Under the pieces are notes generated by a model that was not told where the DNA came from, made no database searches, and saw only the letters and a list, made by a program, of their open reading frames with translations. The position numbers and the translations under genes were made by a program. Shown in pieces: positions 39,298 to 49,945 of a stretch of DNA of 64,000 bases (its first letter is position 1; the number at the start of each line of letters is the position of its first letter). Source of the stretch: Spartobacteria bacterium. GTDB taxonomy: Bacteria; Verrucomicrobiota; Kiritimatiellia; RZYC01. Where the stretch lies: NCBI GenBank assembly GCA_009930475.1, contig RZYC01000001.1, positions 17,062-81,061 on the forward strand, given 5' to 3'.

Positions 39298-40616
39298 AAC
39301 GCCATATCCAGCTTTTTCATACGGTTGTACAGCGTACGACGACTGATATTCAGGATATCGGCGGCCTTCTGTTTGACACCGCCGCTGCGTTCCAGTGCAT
39401 CTTCGATCATGGAACGACTTAACCGTTCGAAGGCATTTTCATAGGACTCCAATTCATCCTGCTGAAGCAGTTTGGTATATTGCGCGGCCAGATGTTCCGG
39501 CTCAATCAACGGCTTTTCACAGAAAATAACCGACCGCTCAATACAGTTCTTGAGTTCACGGACATTGCCCGGCCAGGTATGGACGCGGATGATCTCCTCC
39601 ACAGAAGGTGAGACGCCCTGAATATTTTTGCCATACACCTTGTTGTACTGCTCGATGAAATAACGGGTCAGCATCATGGCATCATCGGTGCGGTCACGCA
39701 GTGGCGGCAGGTGCAGCGTAATAACGGACAGCCGGTAATACAAATCCTCACGAAACCGCTGGTCTTCGATCAATTCATCCAGATCCTGATGGGTTGCAGC
39801 AATGATGCGGATATCGGTCTTGATGGTTTTATTTCCCCCGACTTTTTCGAATTCCTGTTCCTGAATCACCCGCAGAATTTTTGCCTGGGTTTTCAGACTC
39901 ATATCGCCGATTTCATCCAGAAACAGCGTGCCGCCATTGGCCATCTCGAAGCGCCCAATGCGTTCTTTTATCGCGCCGGTGAAGGCACCTTTTTCATGAC
40001 CGAACAATTCACTTTCCAAGAGTTCGTCGGGAATGGCGGCGCAGTTGATCTTGATAAACGGGGCATCGCTGCGCCGGCTCATCTGCTGGATCGCTCTCGC
40101 CACCAGTTCCTTCCCCGTTCCGCTTTCGCCGGTAATAAGAACCGGAGCATCGGTGGGGGCGGCCTTATCGAGCAGCGACAATACTTTTCTCATCTTCGCA
40201 TCATAAGTAACAATGCCGCCCTGCGGCAGATGAACTCGACCGCCTGCCTGCACCGCCTGTCGGGCATGTTCCCCTATTTCCTGCAGCAGCTGATCGAGAT
40301 CAATGGGTTTGGTATAGACGTTGACGGCACCATAACGCATGGCAAGGACGACATCCTGCACAGTGGGATATCCTGTCATCATCGTTACCGGTAAATCCGA
40401 GGCGATGGACTTGATTTTCTGCAGCAGTTCCACGCCGCCCATTTCAGGCATACGAATATCCAGCATCACCATATCGTAGTTGGTTACCGCGATTTTACCC
40501 AGTGCTTCGGACGGGTGCATGGTCCAGTCCGCGATCATGCCTTCGGATTCCAGCAGTTCCGAAAGCGAGCGGCACATTTCTTCTTCGTCATCCACAATAA
40601 GAATGCGGTAATTCAT
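39294..40616 (-). CDS. Sigma-54-dependent response regulator (NtrC family: REC-AAA+-HTH)
   Basis: The REC domain has a phospho-acceptor Asp (MNYRILIVDDEEE…VMLDIRMPEMGG). The AAA+ sigma-54 activator domain has GESGTGKE, GAFTGA and ESELFGHEKGAFTGA. A C-terminal Fis-type HTH is present. A GAGG RBS precedes the start. Confidence 0.85.
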   Translation of the reverse strand: MNYRILIVDDEEEMCRSLSELLESEGMIADWTMHPSEALGKIAVTNYDMVMLDIRMPEMGGVELLQKIKSIASDLPVTMMTGYPTVQDVVLAMRYGAVNVYTKPIDLDQLLQEIGEHARQAVQAGGRVHLPQGGIVTYDAKMRKVLSLLDKAAPTDAPVLITGESGTGKELVARAIQQMSRRSDAPFIKINCAAIPDELLESELFGHEKGAFTGAIKERIGRFEMANGGTLFLDEIGDMSLKTQAKILRVIQEQEFEKVGGNKTIKTDIRIIAATHQDLDELIEDQRFREDLYYRLSVITLHLPPLRDRTDDAMMLTRYFIEQYNKVYGKNIQGVSPSVEEIIRVHTWPGNVRELKNCIERSVIFCEKPLIEPEHLAAQYTKLLQQDELESYENAFERLSRSMIEDALERSGGVKQKAADILNISRRTLYNRMKKLDMAL

Positions 40617-40664
40617 AGTTAAAACCTCAATTTGAGACACAGATTAACGCTTTTGTGCCCCTTT

Positions 40665-43631
40665 TTAAAAGTTCCAATCATTGGAACTTTTTTCCGGAAA
40701 CCTTCCAATCATTGGAAGTTTTTTTGCTGAAAGTTCCAATGGTTGGAACTTTTCAGCTTCGTGCGCTGCGGCACATTTGAAGCGCGAAATAAGTTCTGTC
40801 AGCTGCGTCGACTGGTGATCAAGGGTTCCTGCGGTCTGAGCCGTTTCATCGGCACCGGCCATGGTTTGCTGGGTGACCTGATCAATCTGTTCCATTCCGA
40901 TCTGAATCTGACTCACGGCCTCGGCCTGTTCGCGGGATGCATCGGCTATATGCTGTACATGTTCGGACGACTTGGAAATACCGCCTACCATGGACTGGAA
41001 TGTTGCGGAAACAGCATGGACGGATTGCTGTCCGGCTTCCACACGGTTCACCGTTTCGTCGATGAGTTCAGCCGTTTCTTTGGCCGCTTTTGCACTGCGT
41101 CCGGCCAGGTTGCGTACTTCATCGGCCACGACCGCAAAGCCTTTGCCGTAGGTTCCGGCGCGGGCGGCTTCGACGGCGGCGTTCAACGCAAGCAAATTGG
41201 TCTGAAAGGCAATGTCGTCGATGACTTTATTGATCTTGGCTATTTGCTGACCCGATTCCTGGATGGCCTGCATGGCCTGCCCCATCATTTCAATTTCTTT
41301 TTCACCCACGCCGGCACTGCGCTGCACCGAAGCGAATTCACGGGAGGCCACATGGGCTTCATTGGCATTTTCATTGGCCTGATGGGATATCTGCGTCATG
41401 GAACTGCTGATTTCCTGCAGGGAAGAGGCCTGACGGGTAGCGCCCTCAGCCAGCTGCTGACTTGCATCATTAATCTGCTGTGCTCCTTCATGAACCTGTC
41501 CCGCCGTATCCGAGACCTGACTCAGGGCCTCACTCAAGTTGTCGAGCATGGAGTTAACATTTGCCTTAAGTTCCGCCAGCCGCCCGTTGTATTCACCGTT
41601 TACACGGATGGTTAAATCGTTTTCTGCCGCCGCGTTCAGTGCGTTGGCCGTTTCATCCAGTGGATCAATAACCGCATCCATGGTGTGATTGATGCCTTCC
41701 ACGATCTGACGGAAGGCCCCTTCATGATTTTCAGGGTCGGCCCGGAAAGACAAATCGCCTGACTGGCCGGCCTCGGCCAGCTGCTGTACATCCTGAATGA
41801 GCAGTCCGATGGCACCGATACATTGATTGATATCGTTCTTCAGTGTCTCGAATTCTCCCTTGAAATCGGCGGCAATGGGCTCGGGCAAAATGCCCGAACC
41901 CAATGCACGGATGCACGCAGCCGCTTTAGTTAGGGGAACGGAGACGGCATCAAGATTGGCATTAAATTCTTCAATGATCGTACAAAAAACGCCGCGATGA
42001 CCGGAGGCATCGGCTCGAACCTGTAATTGACCGGCTATCCCCGCTCTGGCCAGCGATTCGACGTCGGTGATCATATTTTCCAGCGACTCCATCATGGCGA
42101 TAAAACTGGGGGTAAGTCGATCGGCCTCGGATAATTTGCCCATTTCACGATAGGCGGCAAGATCTTCCAGACTGCCTTCGGCGATATGCTCGGCTGTATG
42201 CTGCAGCAGCAGAAAACGATCGCGCAAGTTATTGGCGGCCTTCGCAATCAGCAGATAATCGCCCGTACAGTTTTCGTCCATAGAGCCGGTCATATCATTG
42301 ACAGACAACCGTTCCATCATGCCGATCGCGTTATGAACGGGCGTGGCTACTTTGTCCATCATCTGATTCATGCGCTGGACCATTTCCTGAAAGACGCCAT
42401 CGAATGCTGACACGTTGCCGCGATAGGATAATTCACCCTGCTCGCAGGCCTGAGTCAGCTCTCCAACCTGCCCGATAATCGAGCGAAGGGTCTCTACAAT
42501 AGAACCGAAGGCTCCATATATCCGGCCGATTTCATCACGGCTTGAAGTCGTCAAATCAATATCAATATTACCATTGCGAATATGCCCCGCTGCATCGACC
42601 AATGCACGGATGGGACCAATTATACGACGAATCATGATACCTGCCAAAAAAATGGAAAGGATCAGACCTCCACATAACAGCAGCCCCATGTTGCGGATAC
42701 TGGTTCTGCTCATGGCTGCATCCGCCTCTGCAGCCTGCGCCGCAATATCCGAGCTGGTCTGGGCGACGGTGCGAGCCTTGTCGATGATCTCCTGTGAAAG
42801 GCTGCTCATCCTGGCCACATGGGATGCAAGGGTAACCGTGGTATCCATGCAGGTCTGTACGTTTTTCACGAAATTCATGACCTCTTTCTGCTGCCCGTCT
42901 ATGGCGGCAAGCATACTCCGGTTTCCCGTCTCTTTCTTCAATTCATCCAGCAGCGGTTCCACTGAAAGAGCGGTGGCCTCAGCCAGCTTCCCCATGTCTG
43001 GCTGCTGCGTATGGATGAACTGCATCAACTGCACCTGTGCCTGATTGATCGTGGCGGCAATTTGCTGAATGATATTCATCTGCGTGATGCGAATATCGAT
43101 CACTCTGCGATCGTAATCATAATCCAGTGCTTCGGTAAGTCTTTCTTCTGCATCAACTTTCTGCTTTGCTGCGCTGTCCGTTACCAGTGTTGCGGTTTTG
43201 GCGGCCTGTGCTGCGGCATCACTGCGCTCCGAGACCAGATCAGCGCACTCAATGTATAAATTCCGGTAATCCTTTTCCGCAGTCATCGCGGCCCGAATTA
43301 TCCCTTCCAGCTGTGTCAGTTCCATACTGGCTGCCAGAGAATCCAGCGAGGTCAGTCCTGCGCGCACCGCATCCAGTGCCGTGACACCTCTGTCATGGAC
43401 AGACGGATTTTGTTCCAATAAATAGCGTTTTTCACTGATAAGCACCTGTCCGACATGACTCTCCACTTCAAAGGCATCTTGTTGAAGAACATATGTGCGG
43501 GTTGTCAGCTGGTTGATTTCTTCGCTGAGGCGTACCACCCCGCTAATGCCCATCGCCCCAATGAGCATCGCCACCAATGTGCTTACCGCGAAACCAATCA
43601 CAATCTTGCTTTTTATCGAAACAGTTATCAT
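40665..43631 (-). CDS. Methyl-accepting chemotaxis protein with a periplasmic sensor domain and a multi-HAMP array
   Basis: It has two TM helices, several HAMP-like repeats, and a conserved MCP signalling domain (…[21 protein letters not shown]…[46 protein letters not shown]). A GGAGG RBS lies 9 nt before the chosen ATG (MITVSIK…). The last 30 codons are REP-derived. Confidence 0.85.
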   Translation of the reverse strand: MITVSIKSKIVIGFAVSTLVAMLIGAMGISGVVRLSEEINQLTTRTYVLQQDAFEVESHVGQVLISEKRYLLEQNPSVHDRGVTALDAVRAGLTSLDSLAASMELTQLEGIIRAAMTAEKDYRNLYIECADLVSERSDAAAQAAKTATLVTDSAAKQKVDAEERLTEALDYDYDRRVIDIRITQMNIIQQIAATINQAQVQLMQFIHTQQPDMGKLAEATALSVEPLLDELKKETGNRSMLAAIDGQQKEVMNFVKNVQTCMDTTVTLASHVARMSSLSQEIIDKARTVAQTSSDIAAQAAEADAAMSRTSIRNMGLLLCGGLILSIFLAGIMIRRIIGPIRALVDAAGHIRNGNIDIDLTTSSRDEIGRIYGAFGSIVETLRSIIGQVGELTQACEQGELSYRGNVSAFDGVFQEMVQRMNQMMDKVATPVHNAIGMMERLSVNDMTGSMDENCTGDYLLIAKAANNLRDRFLLLQHTAEHIAEGSLEDLAAYREMGKLSEADRLTPSFIAMMESLENMITDVESLARAGIAGQLQVRADASGHRGVFCTIIEEFNANLDAVSVPLTKAAACIRALGSGILPEPIAADFKGEFETLKNDINQCIGAIGLLIQDVQQLAEAGQSGDLSFRADPENHEGAFRQIVEGINHTMDAVIDPLDETANALNAAAENDLTIRVNGEYNGRLAELKANVNSMLDNLSEALSQVSDTAGQVHEGAQQINDASQQLAEGATRQASSLQEISSSMTQISHQANENANEAHVASREFASVQRSAGVGEKEIEMMGQAMQAIQESGQQIAKINKVIDDIAFQTNLLALNAAVEAARAGTYGKGFAVVADEVRNLAGRSAKAAKETAELIDETVNRVEAGQQSVHAVSATFQSMVGGISKSSEHVQHIADASREQAEAVSQIQIGMEQIDQVTQQTMAGADETAQTAGTLDHQSTQLTELISRFKCAAAHEAEKFQPLELSAKKLPMIGRFPEKSSNDWNF
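40667..40754. repeat. REP-like palindromic repeat cluster E (3 units, opposite orientation, centre base C)
   Basis: Units are at 40667-40693 (AAAAGTTCCAATCATTGGAACTTTTTT), 40698-40725 (AAACCTTCCAATCATTGGAAGTTTTTTT) and 40729-40754 (GAAAGTTCCAATGGTTGGAACTTTTC). The cluster lies inside the 3' end of the MCP reading frame. Confidence 0.85.
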
Positions 43632-43654
43632 ATCCGCCATCCTCCTTATGTGTG

Positions 43655-43692
43655 CAAAAAAATCAACCGGTTCGGAACGATGTCCGAACCGG
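43655..43692 (-). terminator. Rho-independent terminator after sugar ABC operon 1
   Basis: A hairpin CCGGTTCGGAACGATGTCCGAACCGG is followed on the minus strand by a U-run (A-run at 43655-43664 on the plus strand), 16 nt after the permease stop. Confidence 0.45.
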
Positions 43693-43707
43693 CTCCCGGC
43701 ATTAATC

Positions 43708-45105
43708 CTATTGATTAGTCGCCTTGTCACCTTGAAGCATTTTAAGAACACTGCTCATTTTCCACCCCTGTTTCTTAAGCATGTCCAGCAGCACCGCACC
43801 AAGGATCACCAGTCCCAGCACGACCATCTGCGTATAACTTTCCACACCCGTCAGATTCATCCCGTTCTGAATCACCGCAATAATAAACGATCCAATCAGC
43901 GTGCCAAGAATCTTTCCTTCGCCGCCCGCCAGACTGGTCCCGCCGACCACGACCGCCGCAATGACATACATTTCATAGCCAACACCATAGGTAGGTGCGC
44001 CGCTCTTGAGCTGTGAGGCCAGAATAATACCGCCGAACCCGGAAAGCAGTCCGCAGAGGATATAAACGAACATCAGAACTTTATTGACGGGAACGCCTGA
44101 CAGACGAGCCGCTTCTTTATTGCCGCCAACCGCGTAGATATAACGACCTAACACCGTGCGCGTCATCAGAATATGCGCTGCGGCATAGAGAATGATAAGC
44201 AGCCAGACGGTATTGGGAATGCCAAACAATCCCATGCTGCGTCCCAGCCAGGTGATACTGTCCGGCACCTGATAAATCGACTGTCCATCGGCAAAAATGA
44301 AGGCAAATCCACGGGCGACCATCATCATGGCTAACGTCACAATAAAGGGAGGAATCATAAATTTTGTGACCATGAATCCCGAAAAACAACCGGAAAGACC
44401 GCTCATCACCATCGCCACCATGGCAAAAAAGACCATGGCCATCACACCGGCATCTTCACCGCCTCCGTATTTACGAATCATTAACGTCCAGACCACCGCC
44501 GACAGGGCAATCATACTGCCCACCGACAATTCGATTCCCGTCGTGATGATCACCATAGTCATACCAATGGCGATCACAGCAATCACAACAATGCGGTCGG
44601 CGATGGCCAGTAGATTGGATTTTTTGAGGAAATCAGGATAGTTATAAGGCTCCGGTTTGATGATCGTCACCGCGCTGTAACTGGCGTTTTCCTCTCCCAT
44701 TTTAGAAAGATATTTCCAGTTGGCTGAATCCTGAGAACCGATGATCACATCGACAGTCCCCGCTTCGCCGTATTTGATCAGATCTTTCTTCACTCCCGGA
44801 GGAGTGCCCTGGAACAACGCAACTTTGGCTGCCCCTTTGGCCTTCATCTGTTTTTCAACGGCCTGACCAAAAGCCATATCATCTTTTCCTCTGGTCGTGA
44901 TAATGGCGAAATTCGCTGATTTACCGAACTGGCTCAGTGCCGTTTTCACCATCGGCCCCGCCGCGTCCAGTCCCTGCGGCGACTGCTCTTTCAGCGTTGC
45001 CAGACTGTAGTAGCCGCACAGCAGCAGCAATACAAAAATAATCCCGTAATCGGCGAAAAACCGCCGCATCCATAGTGAGCCCTTTGATGTCTTTTCTTTG
45101 TTCAT
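43708..45105 (-). CDS. Sugar ABC transporter permease (CUT2/ribose-xylose-galactoside type, BPD_transp_2) with a large periplasmic insertion
   Basis: It is 465 aa with about 10 TM helices and a roughly 130-aa hydrophilic domain after TM1. The conserved CUT2 loop region is present (…[24 protein letters not shown]…). A TAAGGAG RBS precedes the start. Confidence 0.8.
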   Translation of the reverse strand: MNKEKTSKGSLWMRRFFADYGIIFVLLLLCGYYSLATLKEQSPQGLDAAGPMVKTALSQFGKSANFAIITTRGKDDMAFGQAVEKQMKAKGAAKVALFQGTPPGVKKDLIKYGEAGTVDVIIGSQDSANWKYLSKMGEENASYSAVTIIKPEPYNYPDFLKKSNLLAIADRIVVIAVIAIGMTMVIITTGIELSVGSMIALSAVVWTLMIRKYGGGEDAGVMAMVFFAMVAMVMSGLSGCFSGFMVTKFMIPPFIVTLAMMMVARGFAFIFADGQSIYQVPDSITWLGRSMGLFGIPNTVWLLIILYAAAHILMTRTVLGRYIYAVGGNKEAARLSGVPVNKVLMFVYILCGLLSGFGGIILASQLKSGAPTYGVGYEMYVIAAVVVGGTSLAGGEGKILGTLIGSFIIAVIQNGMNLTGVESYTQMVVLGLVILGAVLLDMLKKQGWKMSSVLKMLQGDKATNQ

Positions 45106-45116
45106 TGTGTTTCTCC

Positions 45117-46607
45117 TTAAACGACTGCTAATTCCATAATTTGTTCCTGAGTGGCATTCTTTACATCGGTTATTTCTCCGGTGATACGACCGCCATGCAT
45201 AACCAGAATGCGTGTACTCAAACCTAAGATTTCGGGCATTTCTGAACTGATCAATATGATCACTTTGCCGGCATCCGCCAATTCGTTAATAATCTGGTAA
45301 ATTTCAAATTTGGCTCCCACATCAATTCCGCGGGTCGGTTCGTCAAAGATTATGACGTCAAAGTCACGATACAGCCACTTGGCTAAAACGACTTTTTGCT
45401 GATTCCCGCCAGAAAGGTTGCCCGCTAATGCCTCATTGGTCGGTATTTTTATCGACAGGCTCTTGACGAATTTAGAGAATTCCTTGTCCTCTTTTTTCAG
45501 ATTGATAAATCCTTTGCGGGACAAACGATCGAAATTCGGCAATCCAAAATTATCACGCACTGAATTTCCCATCACCAGACCTTCCAGTTTGCGATGCTCG
45601 GACACCAACAGGATCCCGTTGTCGATTCCATCTCTGGCCGATTTAATTTTAAGCGGTTTGCCGTCGAGCAGCAGCGTTTTGTATTCGCCCTTGTCTGCTC
45701 CGCAAAAAATGCGAACCGATTCACTGCGACCCGCCCCCACCAGACCCGTCAACCCCAGGATTTCGCCGGCACGCACCGTCATCGATACATCGTGCACCCA
45801 TTTCGGCCGATTCAATCCCGTGACTTCCAGACGAACGTCGCCGATTTTTGGATTTTTTCGAACGGGAAATTCATTTTCAAGTTTTCGTCCCACCATCATC
45901 TCGATAAGTCGTTCCCTCTTCAGCTCTTTCGTCGGCTTCGTGCCCACATATTCGCCGTCGCGCATCACCATCACCTGATCTGAAATCTGGAATATTTCGT
46001 CCATGCGATGACTGATGTAAATAATGCCAATGCCTTGCTTTTTCAGGTCGTTGATAATCACAAATAATTTGGACACTTCCTGATTCGTCAATGCGGCGGT
46101 CGGTTCATCCATCACCAGAATTTTTGCCTGCAGCGACAAGGCCTTGGCAATTTCAACCACCTGCTGCTGCGCCACCGTTAAATCCCGGCACGGTACATTC
46201 GGCGGAATATTGATACCAATGCGATAGAACAGCGCCATGGCCTGTCTGTATTCGTTCAGCATCCGAATAAATCCCCAGTTATGTACTTCGCGCCCCAAAA
46301 AAATATTTTCGCAGGCCGATAAAGCAGGTATCAAATTGAATTCCTGGTAAATAATGCCGATTCCATTTTTCTGTGCATACGCCGGTGTCGGAATGGATAC
46401 CGGTTTGCCTTGCACCTCTATGTGACCGCTATCCGGCTGATACGCTCCACCCAAAACCTTCATCAAGGTACTTTTCCCTGCCCCGTTTTCCCCCATAAGT
46501 GCCAGGACTTCTCCGGAACGAAGCATCAAATCAATCCCATTTAAGGCTTTGACTCCAGGGAACGTCTTCACAATGTTTTTCATCGTTAGTAAAATCTCGC
46601 CCGCCAT
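45117..46607 (-). CDS. Sugar ABC transporter ATP-binding protein (two fused NBDs, RbsA/MglA/XylG-like)
   Basis: The first NBD has Walker A GENGAGKST and the signature LTVAQQQVVEIAKAL. A second NBD follows (…LSGGNQQKVVLAKWL…IIFDEPTRGIDV). The product is 496 aa, and an AAGGAGG RBS precedes the start. Confidence 0.85.
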   Translation of the reverse strand: MAGEILLTMKNIVKTFPGVKALNGIDLMLRSGEVLALMGENGAGKSTLMKVLGGAYQPDSGHIEVQGKPVSIPTPAYAQKNGIGIIYQEFNLIPALSACENIFLGREVHNWGFIRMLNEYRQAMALFYRIGINIPPNVPCRDLTVAQQQVVEIAKALSLQAKILVMDEPTAALTNQEVSKLFVIINDLKKQGIGIIYISHRMDEIFQISDQVMVMRDGEYVGTKPTKELKRERLIEMMVGRKLENEFPVRKNPKIGDVRLEVTGLNRPKWVHDVSMTVRAGEILGLTGLVGAGRSESVRIFCGADKGEYKTLLLDGKPLKIKSARDGIDNGILLVSEHRKLEGLVMGNSVRDNFGLPNFDRLSRKGFINLKKEDKEFSKFVKSLSIKIPTNEALAGNLSGGNQQKVVLAKWLYRDFDVIIFDEPTRGIDVGAKFEIYQIINELADAGKVIILISSEMPEILGLSTRILVMHGGRITGEITDVKNATQEQIMELAVV

Positions 46608-46697
46608 GATATCCTCCTTTTGCGACTCGCGCCGTTTCGTTGTTTTATTCTGAAAAGAAGGGCCATACCTTTCGGCATGGCCCTTAGGAGGAGGAGA

Positions 46698-47627
46698 CTA
46701 TTTTACGGAAGGATCTTTGTCCGCATCTGCTTTTTTGTACAAGCCGGTGGGAATCAATACAACCGATTTAACATCGTCGCCATCGAGATATTTCATGATC
46801 GTTTTTACAGTGATCTGACCGATTTTGCTCGGGAACTGGATTGGATCAGCATAGATACGACCGTCTTTGATCGCTTTTTTGCCTTCAGGAGCACCGTCAA
46901 AACCAACAATAACCACGTCACGTTCTGCTATTTCAGCTGCAGCTACAACACCCAAAGCAGAAGGATCGTTGATAGCAAATACACCGTCCAGATTCGGATA
47001 GGCCTGAAACACTTCTTTGGCGACAGAAAAACTGATGTCCTTGCTGCCGCGACCAGGCCATGCGCCCACGATTTCAATATCCGCATTCTGATCTTTGATT
47101 TCGTCTTTGAATCCCTGGGTTCTCATGATCACAGATTCCACTTCAGGATGGTCAATGATAGCCACGGTGCCCTTACCGTTCAGCGCTTCAATCATGGCGC
47201 GACCAGCCTGACGACCACCTTCGTAGTTGTCTGTTGCAATATGCGTAACAACCGGAGCACCGCCCAGAGCAGCAATGTCAGCAGTAAAGACAGGAATACC
47301 AGAGTCAGCCGCTTTTTGAATCGCAGGACCAATCGCTTTTGAATCAGCAGGATTCAAAATAATCGCAGAAACTTTTTTCGTAATGAAATCGTTGACCTGA
47401 TTGTTCTGCATTGCCGGGTCAAATTCAGAACTCACGATGATTGTGTCATATCCGCTTTTCGCCGCTTCTGCTGTCACACTGTCTGCCATTTCTTTGAAGA
47501 ACGGATTCTGCAAGGTCAGCACCGACATACCGATCGTGCCATTCGATGCCAGCGCATCAAATGCCAAACCCGTCACGCAGCATGCTGCCATAGCCCAAGA
47601 CATCCATTTTCTTTTATTACTATTCAT
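46698..47627 (-). CDS. Sugar ABC transporter periplasmic substrate-binding protein (RbsB-like, Peripla_BP_1)
   Basis: A signal peptide is followed by a type I periplasmic binding fold (…IGMSVLTLQNPFFKEMADSVTAEAAKSGYDTIIVSSEFD…). The start was set at ATG (MNSNKRKW…) with an AGGAG RBS. Confidence 0.8.
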   Translation of the reverse strand: MNSNKRKWMSWAMAACCVTGLAFDALASNGTIGMSVLTLQNPFFKEMADSVTAEAAKSGYDTIIVSSEFDPAMQNNQVNDFITKKVSAIILNPADSKAIGPAIQKAADSGIPVFTADIAALGGAPVVTHIATDNYEGGRQAGRAMIEALNGKGTVAIIDHPEVESVIMRTQGFKDEIKDQNADIEIVGAWPGRGSKDISFSVAKEVFQAYPNLDGVFAINDPSALGVVAAAEIAERDVVIVGFDGAPEGKKAIKDGRIYADPIQFPSKIGQITVKTIMKYLDGDDVKSVVLIPTGLYKKADADKDPSVK

Positions 47628-47698
47628 ATCCAACTCCTAGTTTTGACATGGTTTCTTAACGTTGTTACAACTGCACTTTCGCAGCCGACAATCAACAT

Positions 47699-47715
47699 CG
47701 CATGTAGTGTGCCAA
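47699..47715 (-). promoter_or_regulatory. Candidate sigma-54 promoter for sugar ABC operon 1
   Basis: On the minus strand the sequence reads TGGCACACTACATGCG, with exactly 10 nt between GG and GC. It lies about 72 nt upstream of the substrate-binding-protein ATG. The -12 element (ATGC) is imperfect. Confidence 0.3.
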
Positions 47716-47873
47716 CCATTTCTAATAAAAGCAATGCACTTGTTATCCATTGCAAAACAGGACGATACACAACACGCCGTTCTCGCCGCATTACCACCGG
47801 CGATCGCCCCCACCGTGAAAATCCGTTCCCACAACTGTGCAATCATATGTGCACAATGAAATGGAAGGGAAAT

Positions 47874-47970
47874 AGTGACAGACACATAAATATTGACTTG
47901 CGATAGGGATTGTATACAGGGAAAGAGTGACAGACACATAAATATTGACTTGCGATAGGGATTGTATACA
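47874..47970. repeat. Tandem direct repeat (2 x 45 bp, 7-bp spacer) immediately upstream of RAYT paralog 4
   Basis: AGTGACAGACACATAAATATTGACTTGCGATAGGGATTGTATACA occurs at 47874-47918 and again, identically, at 47926-47970. The unit is related to the region upstream of paralog 1 (…AGTGACAGTCACATATTAGTTGACACGAG…, 1221-1250). Confidence 0.8.
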
Positions 47971-47979
47971 TTGGATGGC

Positions 47980-48942
47980 ATGAGAAGAAAAAGGATAAAG
48001 CGAGAACGGTTGGCTTACTACCATTGCATGACACGTGTGGTGGGTCGTCAAATGCTGCTGGGATCGGTGGAGAAGGAGCACATGCGTGTGCTGATTCGAA
48101 AAATTGAGGGGTTTACGGGGGTTCGGGTTTTGACTTATGCGCTGATGACAAATCATATTCATTTGCTGTTGGAAGAGCCGGATCGGGCGACGGTGGTAGA
48201 GGATGATGTGTTGGTGGAGCGAATGCGTGCGCTGTATTCGGATGCGGAAATGGAGGAGATTCTGTTGCGGTGGGCGGATTGGCTGGACCAGGGGAATGTG
48301 GCTGCGGTGGAGAATGATAAGCATCTTTACAGAAGAAGGATGCATGATATCAGCGAATTCATGAAGACGTTGAAACATCGGTTTTCATTTTGGTATAATC
48401 GGTTGCATGATCGCAAGGGGACATTGTGGTCGGAACGGTTTAAGAGTGTGCTGGTTGAGGGCGGAAATGCTTTGAGGACCGTGGCGGCGTATATTGAGAT
48501 GAATCCGGTACGGGCGGGTTTGTCATGTGATCCGTCGGAATATCCATTTTGCGGACTTGGTGACGCTGTGACTGGGTCGGGCGCGGCGAAAGATGGTATT
48601 ATGGAGCTGGTGGTTCAAAAGAATGCGGCTTTTGGAATACATGCAGTAGAGCACTCATGGGACGTTCTGTCGGTTGTCTACTTTGATGACGTATTGATGT
48701 ACGGGCGAGCAAAGAGTGACGGGCAACCTCTTGAGCCGGCGGTGGAGTTGTTGTGTCGCAATCGCTTTTTCACTGACGGGCAGGTTCTTGGAGGTAGGGA
48801 TTTCGTTGAGGAATTTTTTCGAGCAAACAGAGCGTATTTTGGACCGCAGAGAGTGGCAGGCGGTCGCAAAGTTAAGGGATGGACGGGATGTCTTTATGCG
48901 ATCCGAGATGTGGGACGAAGTGCGGACGTGCCCAAGAAATAG
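47980..48942 (+). mobile_element. RAYT/IS200-like Y1 HUH transposase paralog 4
   Basis: MRRKRIKRERLAYYHCMTRVVGRQMLLGS… carries the HUH motif TNHIHLLL, the tyrosine motif AAYIEMNPVRAG and the conserved C-terminal block. It is about 80% aa-identical to paralog 1. The ATG start was chosen; the ORF track starts at a TTG at 47962. Confidence 0.75.
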
Positions 48943-49908
48943 CTAGCGTCGTTTTCGACTGATAAAGACATTGATGACGACGGAGACGGCAATGAGCAGG
49001 CCGACTAATGCATCCTGAACATAGGCATTGGTACCCATGAGTACGAGACCCGTGCGAACCTGAGCAATGATGAGTGCGCCAAGGAAAGTCCCAAAAATAC
49101 CGCCGATGCCGCCATTCATAGATGTACCGCCAATCACGGCCGCAGCAATGGCTTCCAATTCAAGGCCTCCGCCCTGGGACGGTGTGGTGGTGCCAAGATA
49201 TCCCATGGAAATCAGCGAGGCACATCCGGCTGCGAAGGCGGTAATCAGGAAGCAGCGGCGCTTAATTTTGTCGGTGCGGATTCCGACCAGACCAGCGGCC
49301 TCTTTATTGTCGCCTGTGGCATAAACTTTTACCCCGAAAGACGTCCTGTGCATGACGAAATAAAAGATGCAGAGTGCTACGAAGAGCCACAGCACAGGAA
49401 TGGGGATAAATCCAAACAGCTTTGCATGTCCTGTAAATTCAAAGAAAAAGCCCTTGTTCAGTCCGGAGACCGACTGGGCGCCAGTGAGAACCATGGCAAC
49501 GCCCCGAAAAACCTTCATGGTTGCCAGTGTCCCGATAAAAGAATGAATGCCTGTTTTCGTAACAAGCAAGCCATTTACCGCCCCGAGAAGAAGTCCAATA
49601 CCCAGAGCACAACCGGCCGACAACCAGATATTATGCAGTACGTTTTTATAAAGCAGACCGGTTACTACACCGACGACGGCATAAATGGAACCCACCGATA
49701 AATCGAACTCGCCCCCAACGATCAACATACTCATGGCCATCGCCACAATCCCCAGCTCAGCCGTTTGTCGCAGCATGGTAAAAATGGTATAAGATGTCAA
49801 AAAATTAGGTGCGGTCAGAGAGAAAAACACCCCGACAACAATGGCTGAAATCAGCACACCGACATCGCGTCCACCGGCTTTAAATAATTTCAATTTAGTA
49901 TTTCTCAT
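48943..49908 (-). CDS. Sugar ABC transporter permease (CUT2 type), operon 2
   Basis: It is 321 aa and polytopic, with the conserved loop …KVYATGDNKEAAGLVGIRTDKIK…. It is paralogous to the permease at 43708-45105 but lacks the periplasmic insertion. Confidence 0.8.
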   Translation of the reverse strand: MRNTKLKLFKAGGRDVGVLISAIVVGVFFSLTAPNFLTSYTIFTMLRQTAELGIVAMAMSMLIVGGEFDLSVGSIYAVVGVVTGLLYKNVLHNIWLSAGCALGIGLLLGAVNGLLVTKTGIHSFIGTLATMKVFRGVAMVLTGAQSVSGLNKGFFFEFTGHAKLFGFIPIPVLWLFVALCIFYFVMHRTSFGVKVYATGDNKEAAGLVGIRTDKIKRRCFLITAFAAGCASLISMGYLGTTTPSQGGGLELEAIAAAVIGGTSMNGGIGGIFGTFLGALIIAQVRTGLVLMGTNAYVQDALVGLLIAVSVVINVFISRKRR

Positions 49909-49945
49909 AACGGCTCTTTATTCAGGGTTCTTTGTTCTTCGTTTA

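Noticed and set aside
43632-43700. Possible sigma-54 promoter in front of the MCP (…CCGGTTGATTTTTTTGCACAC…)
   Set aside because: The GG to GC spacing is 11 nt, not 10, and there is no TGGCAC. The sequence is better explained as the U-run and hairpin of the upstream operon terminator plus a GGAGG RBS.
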